Below, one piece after another: positions 1-11,325 of a stretch of 64,000 bases of DNA. Made by a program: the position numbers and the translations under genes. Source of the stretch: Bugula neritina. Taxonomy: Eukaryota; Animalia; Bryozoa. The stretch covers positions 6,582,698 to 6,646,697 of the forward strand of contig OZ037765.1 of assembly GCA_964035545.1 (NCBI GenBank). Reading direction: 5' to 3'. A model generated the notes under the pieces. It had not been told where the DNA came from. It did not search any database and was given only the letters and a program-made list of their open reading frames with translations. How positions within the stretch are numbered: the first letter of the stretch is position 1; the number at the start of each line of letters is the position of its first letter.

Positions 1-744
1 TTAACTTACATTTTGTTAATGATGGCTGAAAAGTACATTTATTATTCCATAATAAAACACTGGATATAGAGCATACTTATTTACAGCAGAAGAAGCTTAG
101 CTACTACATAAATGAGACTACCAAAATGTTCCTCCTATATCATAGCAATATTTATTAACTTCATGTTAAAACAACTTGACAGAAATATATTAAGATCATG
201 TCTGATGAACAGTTGCCCAAATCAAGTTGTGGCTCAGACAACAATGACTTAAATGACTTAAATTCATTGAGTAATTTCAATTTATTAACAAGTGATTGAT
301 CCAATGCAATAAATGCACAACTAATAAAGTGCCTACATTTATTAAAAGCTGTTGAAAACCCGCAATTTTTCAACAATTGAAATAGAAAAGGTATTGATAG
401 CTTTAGTTCCAAACTCATTGAATTTTTATGTTTTCTAAAATCTACCAACAGCAAGAAACAAAACTACCAAATATCCCATATATAAGATATATAAGTTAAC
501 AGACAATTATTTGATTCACATAAAATATTTGTCATTGAAAAATTGTTGAACTTTTGAAATTTAACCTAGATTTAGGCTAGATAGAAAATCTAAAAATTAA
601 ATTAAAAAAAAAGTTTAAAATTATGACTTGCCTAAACTTGAGAGGCTAGCAACAAACGATGAAAACAAATTTAACATTCATAAGTATGTTGATTCAAAAC
701 ATTTCAGGTACCAATCCAATAGCTAATGAGCCAACTTATGTTAC

Positions 745-3700
745 CTTGATATATAATTCTAAGCTGTCATGTTCCAAGAAAGAAATAACATATTTTGAAA
801 TCTGTTGGGCAAGGTGAAACATGCATATGCTTTCCATCAACAGCCATAGAAGAGGTGAACTTTGAATCAGGGCAGAAAACAATAATTGCAGCCATGCTGG
901 GATAATGCTCAAGTGCATAAACAACAGCAAGAGGCATAGCAATAATTGGCCAACAAAGCCAAAAATAACCTAAAACAAATAAGTTTTGCTTTAGTAACTG
1001 CAGTTTAGAAAAATCTTATGTGGTATGACAAAACAAGGCTTTATTAATGAGTAGACAATAATGAAAAACACTCAAATTAGATAATAAATCTGACTTTGAA
1101 AAATACTCACTAACTAATTATTGACAACAAAATTTATAAACTAGCATTTTCGGCAGAATATTAGACAATAAAATGCTGAAGAAAATATGAAGAGAAGTCT
1201 TAAAACTAAAACTTTGTACGCTATATGCTACCACTTAGTAATGCCTAACAGAAAGATTAGAAGCTGACTAATAATTTAAAATTGTTAATAGACCTGGTTT
1301 ATTTCTGTGACTTTTATGCATTCATAATTCTAACATTGAGTTTAAACTTAAACCTTAATACTGACATACTATAATCATACCATATAATATGATAAGGATC
1401 ACAGCTGAGTTGAAATAATCAAGACAAAACCTGATCTTCAAGAGAAATCAATTAATTATTGGCCTGAGTTAACTAAAGTAACTTTATAAAGTGTTGAGTA
1501 AAAAATAACATAACATTAACAAAAAAATAGTGGGTAGTGACATTCATTTACATAGTAGCTTACAAAGCAATTTGTTGTTTGAATGCCAGGCTTCAGCTTG
1601 AAACAAAACTACTTCGAAATTTTTTTACACAAATTGATAGTCACTATACTTGTGAGAACCCCTGATGGAAAGAGTTTTTTTCAAAGCAGGCTAAGGACTT
1701 ATTCATATGTGGCACAGGAGCAACTATGATTGAATGCTCTTCTTAACATCACCAATGGCCTTTAATGGGGTTCGAACCCATAATTTCAGGTTTACCAAGC
1801 CAAATGTTTTATGTTGATTTGTGATATTATTTCAGCTATCGTGAAAAGACAGAACGTGCTCGAGTTAGTTGATAAACGTAAGAGGCCGAAGCCGTGATTT
1901 ATTACCACAATATATATACACGAAAATACTAAAACTATTACAATAAGTGATACAATTAATTATTAAGATTATGACAAAAAATAGTAAAATAATAAAATAA
2001 CAAATTAGAAATAAATGTTTACATGAACACCGAACATCTCCCACAGAATAGAAAAAAGCTATTTAGATATGATTGTTTTAAGAGGGCACATAGTCTGCCA
2101 TCCAACTAGGTGGCTTCCGTTCTCTGGTTGAACGTCTTAGATTGTCGCTATGATTGGCGCTCTCGGTGGTGTCAACCTGGGTACTACTAGCGTTTTGTTT
2201 AGGATCCTTTGGTGTCTCAGGACTCGCTGGCTCCGTGACGAGTGGTCTGATGTCTCGCCGGTTTCTCCGAAAGAGGTTGTTGTTAAGTTGTATGGCATAG
2301 GCTCTGCTACTCAATTGTTTGTTAATTTGCGCCTCCTGCCATTTTCTCCGGTGCTGACTCCAGTCTCGAACCAAAACTGGTTGCCCTTCTTTCAGCACTG
2401 CCAAATCTCTTGCACCGTCATTGCATCTCTGCTGCAGTTTTTCATTGCGGCCCTGCTTTTCCCACCAACCTTGGTTGTTCTCTGTTTCTGGCTGAACTTG
2501 TGGGAGTACTGACCTGGTGGGTCTTCCGATAAGTTGCTGAATTGGGCTGGCCGTCAGGCCTTCTTTGGTGGTGTTGAGATGTTCCAGTAACGCAAGTTCG
2601 GGCTCTTCACATCTGCGGAGTATACGTTTGGCTATCTTCACAGCAGACTCTGCCTTCCCATTGGACTGAGGATGATATGGAGAGCTGGTGGTGTGTGTGA
2701 AATTCCATGATTGGCTGAAAGTGGAAAACTGGTGCGAGGTAAACTGTGGTCCGTTGTCAGTGTGAACCTGTCTGGGTATTCCCAGGCGTCCAAAACAGCG
2801 CTTTATGGAGTTGATAACAGCCTCTGCTGTTTGGTTGTCCAGTCGGTCATATTCAAGGTAGTCAGTCGTATAGTCAACAATAGTAATGTAGTGAGTGTGA
2901 TTGTATTCAAACAAGTCAATTCCTACTTTGGTCCAGGGTTGTTGGGGAACTGTGTGGAGTAAAAGTGTTTCCTTCTGTTGCCGGGGAGCATCCAGTTGAC
3001 ATTGTCGACAGTTAGCAATATTGTTTTTGATGTCATTGGTGATGCCAAGCCAAAACACTGTGTGGCGGGCACGTCTTAGTGTGGAGTTAATCCCATTATG
3101 GCCGGTGTGAAGTAGTTGGAGAAACTTTCTCTGGAGTGTCTTTGGAATAATGGCTCGTAGTCCTTTGTAAACAATGCCATTGTCAATAGATAGTTCGTCC
3201 TGAAAGTGTTTGTACTTGTCGTGAGTTGTGCAGTTGGCAATGTTCCAGTCATGTTTAATAAGGTTTGTCAGTGTCATAAGTTCATTGTCCTGTGCAGTAG
3301 CAGTCCTAATGTTGTCAATTAAGTCGTCACAAACAGGAGCATCATTATTTTGAGAGTCAATGTGAAAAATGTGTTCTGGTAGTTGTTGATAGTTGGGGGA
3401 GTCAAAGTATGAGTCTCTTGAGAGTAAGTCAGCCGTGATCTGTTCAGCACCCTTTTGCCAAGTTACCTTAATGTTGGGGTATCTTTGTAAGTGAAGAAGC
3501 ATAGCCTGCAACCTCCGAGATGCCTTATGAATGGATTTCCTGAAAATAGATACAAGGGGTTTGTGGTCAGTTTGGATAGTGACAGCATGGTGACCAAAGA
3601 TATACTGGTCAAAGCGTTCAGTGCCAAACACTATGGCAAGGCACTCAAGCTCTAGTGGCACATAGTTCTGTTCCGATTTTGTTAAACTGCGAGATGCATA

Positions 3701-6700
3701 TGCTACAGGCTTGCCTCCTTGCATGAGTGTTGCACCCACACCAGCATTTGAAGCGTCAGTTTGTATAGTTACTGGCTTGTTGCAGTCAAAGTATTGTAGA
3801 GTTTCTGAGTCAGTTAGTAAGGTCTTCAGTCTATTAAAAGCGTTCATTTGGTCGTCAGTCCAGTGAAAGTCTTGAGCATTGTCTTGTGTCAGTAAACGTC
3901 GTAATGGTTCAGATTCCGATGCTAGGTTGCTAATAAATTTTGACATGTATGTGATGTGACCAAGGAATCGTTTTACTCCCTGTGGAGATGAGGGAGGTTT
4001 CATCTTAAGAATGGCTTTTACTTTGTTAGGATCTGGTTTAAGTCCATTAGTTGTCAGTATGTGTCCAATGTAAGGTAGTTCGTCCTGAAGGAAGCGGGAT
4101 TTTTCCTTGTTCAGTCTCAGTCCTGTCTGTCGAGCACGTTTGAAGAGCGCTTCAAGGTTTCTATCATGCTCTTTCCTTGTGCTTCCAAAAATTAGGATGT
4201 CATCTGCAACTATGGTGATGCCATCAAGACCAGCAAGATTTTCCGTGAGCCTTCTCTGAAACTCCTCCGGCGCTGATGCAATTCCAAAGGGTAGCCTTAG
4301 GTACTTGTACTTTCCTATGGGAGTCCAGAAAGTTGTCAAGTCTGTAGATTCCTCAGCTAGGGGAATTTGATAGAAACCTTCTTTGGCGTCACACAAGGAG
4401 AAAAACTTGGCACCGTTGAGTTGTGGCAAAACATCTTCCAATGTTGGCATGACAGCGTGGTTTCGTTTAATTGCTTGATTGAGATTTTGCGGATCTATGC
4501 AGATGCGTATCTTTCCATTAGGCTTGCGCACTGGTTGTAGATGGCTTATCCAGTCTGTAGGTGCTTCTACCTTAGCGATAATTTGACGTTGTTCTAGTTC
4601 AAGAATAGTCTTGATGAGATCTGATTTCATCGACAAGGGCACCTTCCGCGGTCGGACTTGCACTGGTACAGCTTCAGGTCTTAGCTCTATCCTATATTCC
4701 TGTTCAAACTTTCCAAGTCCGGTAAATATGTCATCAAAGTTAGTCAGTAAAGTCTGAAGGTCTGGGTCAGTAGTGGCAAAGTTTACATTCTCGCTTTTGG
4801 TGCTGGGCATTTGTAATAAATCCAGGTGCAAACATGATTTCCATGACAGCAAGCTATGTTGGGTGGTTTCCACAACTAGGAATTTTAATGTAGTGTAACA
4901 TCCTTGCTTGTTTAGTATCTGTATCCGTGTCCACCCTAGTGGTGCACACTTGCTCTGGTCATATAAAGTTAGTACAGTATCAGTCGGTGTAAGTTTCGGT
5001 TTACCTAGCTTGTCGTAGTCGATCGTATTCAAAGTATTGCATGATGCACCAGTGTCAAGTTGGAATTCAATGTCATAAATAGTATCTGCTTGCTTAGCAG
5101 TGAGCATCGCTAATAATTTACGATCTCGTACAGTAGTGGAGATAGTACTTACATGTTGAGAGTCACTGTCTGAAGAGTAATTCCAGGTGACTTGATTGGC
5201 TGTTTCGGTTGAGTCGCGATAATGATGCATGCGTGACCTGCAGTATGTAGCAAAGTGGTTAAATTTCTTGCAATGATTGCACTGTTTCCCATATGCTGGG
5301 CATGCTCGAGGTGGGTGATTGCCTCCACAGTTTCCACACCTAGAAGCACCAACTGATTTTCTGACGTTGGGCTGAGAGTGAGTGTGTGAAAGTTGTCCTC
5401 TGTGTTTATCAGTGTTACGAGTGTCATTAGAGTGATATTGATGAGTCGGAGGTCTATGTTTTACCAAGTTCACTTGTTCGAGTCCATATGTGTTATCCTT
5501 AGTCATAGTCTTGTAGTCAATAGCCGATGCTTCTTCTCGTCTGCAGAGTTCAATTGCTTTGTCAAAGTCAGTCAAGTCAAACAGTTTCTTTCTAATCTTG
5601 TCACTTTCAATTCCCAGTATCAGTGCTTGTAGTATCAGTCGGTTGTACATGTTTTTTAAGTCACATAGTCCTGCAATGGTATGTAGTTCAGTCAAAAATT
5701 CGTCAATAGTTCTATTTCCTTGCTTACAAGTCAGTAGTGAGTGAGTCTTAGCCACTAAGTTTATTCTTGGTTTGCAGTAGTCATCAAACTGCGTCACAAC
5801 TTTGTCATAGTCAGTTTTGTCATTGTTGTCAGTCCAGTTGAAAGAGTCGTATATTTGGTTGCCTCGGCGACCGATAGTTCTAAGTAGGTATGCAGTTTTC
5901 ACTTTGCCTTCGGCTGTATCTTTCGATGTGGCAGTTAAAAAAAGTTCGAAGTCACGTTTAAAAATCTTCCATTCCTCAGGTAAATTCGGTCCATCTGCTA
6001 ATGGTTTTGGCGCTAGTAATTGCTCCATGTTATTTCAGTGTAATATTAATAATAATTAGACTCGGGGCACCATGTTTTATGTTGATTTGTGATATTATTT
6101 CAGCTATCGTGAAAAGACAGAACGTGCTCGAGTTAGTTGATAAACGTAAGAGGCCGAAGCCGTGATTTATTACCACAATATATATACACGAAAATACTAA
6201 AACTATTACAATAAGTGATACAATTAATTATTAAGATTATGACAAAAAATAGTAAAATAATAAAATAACAAATTAGAAATAAATGTTTACATGAACACCG
6301 AACACCAAACACTCTAACTCCTAGAGCCTAGACCATGGCTGTTCCGTAAACAAAACACTTTAAAAAATATTTTTTGATTTAGATACGTTCAATGATTAGT
6401 AATAATTATAATACTAATACTAATAGTAATAGTAATAGGGTTAAAATAACTAGTAGTTGATCTTTAATTTAGATTAATACAAATTATCCTAACATAAACA
6501 TTAAATGACTACGTTAGATGAACGATATTAATATTTATTTTGATTAAATTTAAATTGACTTCACAAAGTCAAATTCAAATTGAAATGGGTTTACTCAAAT
6601 TGAAATAAATTAATATCATAATTTATAAGTTTAGTTGAAAAAGGTGTTTTGCTGAAAGTTCTTACCAAATTATCTTTAAACACATACTTTACGCCGCTTA

Positions 6701-6863
6701 AAGCACTAAAATAAATTATTACTGCAAAAGAAATTCTAACGAACGCGTCTTTGCCACAATGAATTCCAAAAACTGGTAGAAGAAACACTATTAAATAAGG
6801 CAAGTAATGCCACATTGCAACACAAACATACACTGCAATCTCAAATAATGATATGAAAACCAT
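745..6863 (-). CDS. Partial spliced gene for a multi-pass membrane protein, possibly ICE2/SERINC-superfamily-like; probably continues off the window start
   Basis: Exon 1 6863-6666 (ATG..DNL, donor TTG|GTAAG, 66 codons). Exon 2 969-745 (acceptor ttttag, donor AAG|GTAAC, 75 codons). The phase-0 junction joins in frame into a hydrophobic protein. Family call is by-eye resemblance only. Confidence 0.7.
1621..1804 (-). mobile_element. tRNA-derived SINE, 3' part (split by the LTR element)
   Basis: Reverse complement aligns to the SINE at 14045-14259 (B box GGTTCGAACCC; body GGCCATTGGTGATGTTA..GAAGAGCAT..TTGCTCCTGTGCC..AATAAGTCCTTAGCC). Confidence 0.9.
1805..2036 (-). repeat. 3' LTR (232 bp)
   Basis: Direct repeat of 6073-6304; AATAAA on the minus strand. 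Confidence 0.97.
2078..6028 (-). CDS. Gag-Pol polyprotein, 1316 aa (two zinc knuckles, aspartic protease, RT, RNase H, integrase)
   Basis: CGNCGGNHPPRAC and CNHCKKFNHFATYC knuckles; LDTGAS protease; RT with LPFG..SAP and VADD; RNase H TDAS..ELE..TDH; integrase HHCC + DDE (GIDLF, TDNG, GKAE); order PR-RT-RH-IN indicates gypsy. Confidence 0.97.
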   Translation of the reverse strand: MEQLLAPKPLADGPNLPEEWKIFKRDFELFLTATSKDTAEGKVKTAYLLRTIGRRGNQIYDSFNWTDNNDKTDYDKVVTQFDDYCKPRINLVAKTHSLLTCKQGNRTIDEFLTELHTIAGLCDLKNMYNRLILQALILGIESDKIRKKLFDLTDFDKAIELCRREEASAIDYKTMTKDNTYGLEQVNLVKHRPPTHQYHSNDTRNTDKHRGQLSHTHSQPNVRKSVGASRCGNCGGNHPPRACPAYGKQCNHCKKFNHFATYCRSRMHHYRDSTETANQVTWNYSSDSDSQHVSTISTTVRDRKLLAMLTAKQADTIYDIEFQLDTGASCNTLNTIDYDKLGKPKLTPTDTVLTLYDQSKCAPLGWTRIQILNKQGCYTTLKFLVVETTQHSLLSWKSCLHLDLLQMPSTKSENVNFATTDPDLQTLLTNFDDIFTGLGKFEQEYRIELRPEAVPVQVRPRKVPLSMKSDLIKTILELEQRQIIAKVEAPTDWISHLQPVRKPNGKIRICIDPQNLNQAIKRNHAVMPTLEDVLPQLNGAKFFSLCDAKEGFYQIPLAEESTDLTTFWTPIGKYKYLRLPFGIASAPEEFQRRLTENLAGLDGITIVADDILIFGSTRKEHDRNLEALFKRARQTGLRLNKEKSRFLQDELPYIGHILTTNGLKPDPNKVKAILKMKPPSSPQGVKRFLGHITYMSKFISNLASESEPLRRLLTQDNAQDFHWTDDQMNAFNRLKTLLTDSETLQYFDCNKPVTIQTDASNAGVGATLMQGGKPVAYASRSLTKSEQNYVPLELECLAIVFGTERFDQYIFGHHAVTIQTDHKPLVSIFRKSIHKASRRLQAMLLHLQRYPNIKVTWQKGAEQITADLLSRDSYFDSPNYQQLPEHIFHIDSQNNDAPVCDDLIDNIRTATAQDNELMTLTNLIKHDWNIANCTTHDKYKHFQDELSIDNGIVYKGLRAIIPKTLQRKFLQLLHTGHNGINSTLRRARHTVFWLGITNDIKNNIANCRQCQLDAPRQQKETLLLHTVPQQPWTKVGIDLFEYNHTHYITIVDYTTDYLEYDRLDNQTAEAVINSIKRCFGRLGIPRQVHTDNGPQFTSHQFSTFSQSWNFTHTTSSPYHPQSNGKAESAVKIAKRILRRCEEPELALLEHLNTTKEGLTASPIQQLIGRPTRSVLPQVQPETENNQGWWEKQGRNEKLQQRCNDGARDLAVLKEGQPVLVRDWSQHRRKWQEAQINKQLSSRAYAIQLNNNLFRRNRRDIRPLVTEPASPETPKDPKQNASSTQVDTTESANHSDNLRRSTRERKPPSWMADYVPS
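6060..6072 (-). promoter_or_regulatory. Primer-binding site TGGTGCCCCGAGT, complementary to an elongator tRNA-Met-type 3' end
   Basis: Immediately inside the 5' LTR and begins TGG; matches the ...CGGGGCACCA 3' end of metazoan elongator tRNA-Met (from recall). Confidence 0.75.
6073..6304 (-). repeat. 5' LTR (232 bp)
   Basis: Direct repeat of 1805-2036. Confidence 0.97.
6310..6345 (-). mobile_element. tRNA-derived SINE, 5' head (split by the LTR element)
   Basis: Minus strand GGAACAGCCATGGTCTAG..GTTAGAG matches the start of the 14045 copy (GGAGCAGCCGTGGTCGAGGGGTTAGAG). Confidence 0.85.
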
Positions 6864-7116
6864 TATTTAAACATTATATTTTCACAAATCCACGATATAA
6901 TGCTCACAGTGGCAACTACAAAATTGATGTTACTGGTTACAATAATTAATTATAACACTAACAGTAATACTAATAGTAATACTAATAGTGATTATAATTT
7001 ACATAGTTCTTGAAAAACAGCGGTTGGCGTTTTAAAACGGAAACAGACTATATCTGATGGAAACCAGCTCGCTGCAGTTACTTCGTCTAATGCGGCCAAT
7101 GATGATCAGTGTCAAA
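6864..7116. promoter_or_regulatory. Putative bidirectional promoter / non-coding first exon (membrane gene <- -> PGAP4)
   Basis: Locally CpG-retaining segment between divergent genes; donor-like AAA|GTAACT at 7117. Confidence 0.55.
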
Positions 7117-7534
7117 GTAACTATAATACATAACGACTACTATTACTACTAGTACTAGTAATTATGATTGTAACTATCATATTATTATTTTCAATATGAT
7201 TATGATTCTCATTGCGATTGCGAATGATTTTTTCAATTATTAAATTGTTAATAAAAGGTGGCATTATTGGTATTATACTATAGGTAGAGCCATCGTGAGA
7301 TCCTTGCAAGACTTTCACTGTAGTATTTAACTATTTTTATAATCAAATTCAATGATTAATATTATCATTATCATTATGATTGTCATTATGATTATGTTTA
7401 TGGATATAGTCATAATGATAGTAGTGGCTAACGTTAGTAATAAACTAATCGTTTTGAGGTTAATCACTCTCAATCTAATGACTTAAAATTAAAGTTAATG
7501 TAACTGCATGAGTAACTGTAAGTTAGCAATAGTC

Positions 7535-10500
7535 AATAGACGATGTAAGATTGGTACATTTAGTACCTTGTACTAACTCTAAGATACTCACCACTATAAC
7601 TTATATAAACTTCTGCAAGTTCAAATGCAAAATGCATACTTCTAGAAAATAGCTGTGCAACTTTTATTACATGCATTATTTTATTTCATATCTTAAATTT
7701 ATGAACCATGAGTTCATTTTTCAAAATGCCTAATTTAAGTGCTTAAAAATGCAAATAAAAAATACAAGTTTAAAAAAATACCCTGGCAAAAATTGACCAC
7801 AGCCCCAACTGTTCTGGCAAAACACATTTAATGACATTTTTATTGACATAGTGGTAAATGGGATGGTTGTTTTTGGCCAGTGGATATCCAAGCTGCACAG
7901 CAACTTTATACAATTCTGATTGGCTGGACTCTACATGACTAGCCGATGATTGTATCTGATTGGCCTAATAATGCATTTGCATTTGAAAATGTAGAGTTGT
8001 ATATACATGTAAGTTATAGTGGTGATATTTTAGAGTTGGTACACGCCCCTTTTTGGTTGAGTTTTATAGTCTGATCATGCTGTAGTCATCTACAACACTT
8101 GAGTGTATGGGGAAATTATTAGTATTACGAAATCTGTTTTGGCTTACTTTGCTATGTCAGTTTTCTGACTTGGTTTGTAATAAACCATAGACAGCTATAT
8201 AACTTAGGTGATTTCATCGAAGGTTGACACTGTTTAGGTGCAGCAAACAATCACTGCTGTTACTATTGCAAAATAGTAGCAATAGCATAGCACAGTCAGC
8301 AAACTGTAACGGCAGTGCTGCACCATATTTACCAGCACTAGCATATATTTACACGCACACCGACAAACACATGTAAGCATGTGCTAAGCATAAATTAGTT
8401 GCTTATGAACCCATCATTATTTTATTTAAAAAAAATTACAACAGTAGTTTTTTTTAACTTGGTAGCACATTTATTTGCAGGAGTTAAAATGCCCAGCTTT
8501 TAGCAATAGACAGCGTAGACGATTTATATAAAAATAAACTATAACGTGTAGTGCTTGGCATGCTAGTCTACACTGTTACTTGGTATCATCACCATTTTGT
8601 ATATGATTTACTTAGTGAAACAGCATGTTTATCCCACAAATGCAATGCCATCAGTTGTAGGGCAATATAGTCAAGTTTCTTTCAACTATGGAGTAATTTT
8701 GTTAGCAGCTTGCTTCATTTTTAAGTGAGCTTCTCAGCCTCAAGTCAATGTTAGAAGAAATATCTGCACCTAGCTCTGAAGCTATACTAATGAGTTTTCA
8801 ATACATGTTTTTCCTCACCCAAAGTAATCATCAACCACCATTAAGGCAGGAAGATGACAAAAGCATTCTGAGGGCTAGTATCCAATACCATATGCCAGCC
8901 ATTAAAACTTCACTATAGTGCTTCCTGAGCACACCTATTTCTACTACATGGCTATCTTCATACAGTATTTATCAATTTACTGGTCATGCCACCTGGAAAG
9001 AAAGGCCATTCTCAACTGACTAAAAGTTTGTAAGCAACTATGTAGGCAGTTATAACTTAGGGTGGGGTCATCAAAGTTAGTCATTACTTGGGCCTTAGAA
9101 CATCAAATCAACCAGTGCTGTTACTTGGTTGTATTGTAAAGCAGTAGTGAGAGCATAGCACACTAGCACAGTCACCAATCTGCAATGACAGTGGCCACAC
9201 TAAACTCATCAGTTCTATTATAATATCTTATGTAAGGCACTTAAAAGCACTAGCCTAGTCTGTTAGTATGTAGAGCAGTAGCACAGTTACAGCAGTCACA
9301 CCACTCCTCTCTATCCTGTCTACCAAACACAGAGGTTGCAATAATGATAATCATTTCATGATTTAGTTTTAAATCAATGCATATTACTAGATACATTCTC
9401 ATAGTCTGATTATTTTGCGCTTCAGTTTACTTAAATAAAATAATTTAAAAAATTGCTTCACATGCATATTACAAATGCATCAACCTACGCTAACCATAAA
9501 TTATTTGCTTGTGTACCCACTACTATTTTATTTTAAATTTATATAGCAGTAGCCTTTTTAATCAATCACTAAGTAAATCCTGTACAAGATGGTGATGATA
9601 CCAAGTAACAGTGTAGACTAGCATGCCAAGCACTACACGTTATAGTTTATTTTTATATAAATCGTCTATGTTGTCTATTGCTAAAAGCTGGGCATTTTAA
9701 CTCCTGCAAATAAATGTGCTACCAAGTTAAAAAACTACTGTTGTAATTTTTTTTAAATAAAATAATGATGGGTACATAAGCAACTAATTTATGCTTAGCA
9801 CATGCTTACATGTGTTTGTCGGTGTGCGTGTAAATATATGCTAGTGCTGATAAATATGGTGCAGCACTGCCATTACAGTTTGCTGACTGTGCTATGCTAT
9901 TGCTACTATTTTGCAATAGTAACAGCAGTGATTGTTTGCTGCACCTAAACAGTGTCAACCTTCGATGAAATCACCTAAGTTATATAGCTGTCTATGGTTT
10001 ATTACAAACCAAGTCAGAAAACTGACATAGCAAAGTAAGCCAAAACAGATTTCATAATACTAATAATTTCCCCATACACTCAAGTGTTGTAGATGACTAC
10101 AGCATGATCAGACTATAAAACTCAACCAAAAAGGGGCGTGTACCAACTCTAAAATATCACCACTATAACTTACATGTTTATACAACTCTACATTTTCAAA
10201 TGCAAATGCATTATTAGGCCAATCAGATACAATCATCAGCTGGTCATGTAGAGTCCAGCCAATCAGAATTGTATAAAGTTGCTATGCAGCGTGGATATCC
10301 ACCGGCCAAAAACAACCATCCCATTTACCACTATGTCAATACAAATGTCATTAAATGTGTTTTGCCAGAACAGCTGGGGCTGTGGTCAGTTTTTACCAGG
10401 GTATTTTTTTAAACTTGTACTTTTTATTTGCATTTTTTAAGCACTTAAACTAAGCATTTTGAAAAATGAACTCATGATTCATAAATTTAAGATATGAAAT

Positions 10501-10648
10501 AATATAATGCATGTAATAAAAGTTGCACAGCTATTTTCTAGAAGTATGCATTTTGCATTTGAACTTGCAGAAGTTTATATAAGTTATAGTGGTGAGTATC
10601 TTAGAGTTAGTACAAGGTACTAACTGTACCAATCTTACATCGTCTATT
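7535..10648. mobile_element. Fold-back non-autonomous DNA transposon with ~1.08-kb inverted arms (ISL2EU/PIF-Harbinger-related)
   Basis: Arms ~7534-8618 and 9566-10649 are near-perfect reverse complements around a 947-bp spacer. Termini AAT-AGACGATGTAA..TTACATCGTCT-ATT (possible AT TSD). Subterminal sequence is shared with the 41443 element. Confidence 0.9.
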
Positions 10649-11159
10649 GTCTATCACTATGACTATGAGTATGACTAACACTTACACTATTTCATTATTT
10701 GTAGTTGTACTTGTAGGCTACTCACCACTGTAGTCTACACTGTTACTGCAGGCGTAACTCACTAGCAGTAGCTGGTGCATGTAATGGTTGCTATTGCTGA
10801 GTTTTATGGTAACTGAATAACTGTGGCTTTTAAAATATTATTATTCATAGTTTTGTAATATTAATACTTATACTTATAGTTATACTCATTTCTCACCATT
10901 CAGTTTGCACTCTAATTAATCATACCTGCCGTTGGGAGTATTGGAATAAATATACACCATTACATTTACCTACTACAGTAATAGTGTCAGCTGTCTATTT
11001 AGTTATAAATAGCATCTGAGTTTAATCATAAGATTATGGTGAGAGAATAAAGAATAAATAGACATAGTAAAAACTTAGAGAGTAAACTTAGCTCTACTTT
11101 GAAACAAAGTTAGGGCTTCATATTAAAAAATTTGATCTGAAAGTTAGAGAGTGAAAATT

Positions 11160-11325
11160 TTTGAGGTAGGGGCAATCATGAATATATTGGAAAAAGCCTG
11201 TGTTTTAGATTAAAAATGTAGCAAATGAAATTATGTTTTCATGAGATTGTCAACTCGTACCCCAAACCAAAGTTTATTAAAATCAATAAATTTGGGCTAT
11301 TTTAACTTCACTACTGCACCTAAAA
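11160..11325 (+). repeat. ~170-bp dispersed MITE-like repeat (diverged copy)
   Basis: Homologous to 63500-63671, and in part to 49825-49900 (CCCCAAACC..TTTA..AA..GGCTAT..CACTACTGCACCTAAA). Confidence 0.7.

Larger units (their letters stand above)
1805..6304 (-). mobile_element. Intact Ty3/gypsy LTR retrotransposon (Mag-like) in intron 1 of the membrane-protein gene
   Basis: 232-bp TG..CA LTRs at 1805-2036 and 6073-6304 with no differences seen; 5-bp TSD CCAAA (1800-1804 / 6305-6309); PBS abuts the 5' LTR; purine tract (..GTGGGAGA on minus) abuts the 3' LTR; single gag-pol ORF. Confidence 0.98.

Noticed and set aside
161-454. 97-aa minus-strand ORF as a further exon of the membrane gene
   Set aside because: No convincing phase-0 acceptor and no recognisable motif; likely a chance intronic ORF.
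2150-6059. Short plus-strand and alternate-frame ORFs over gag-pol
   Set aside because: Shadow ORFs of the retrotransposon coding region.
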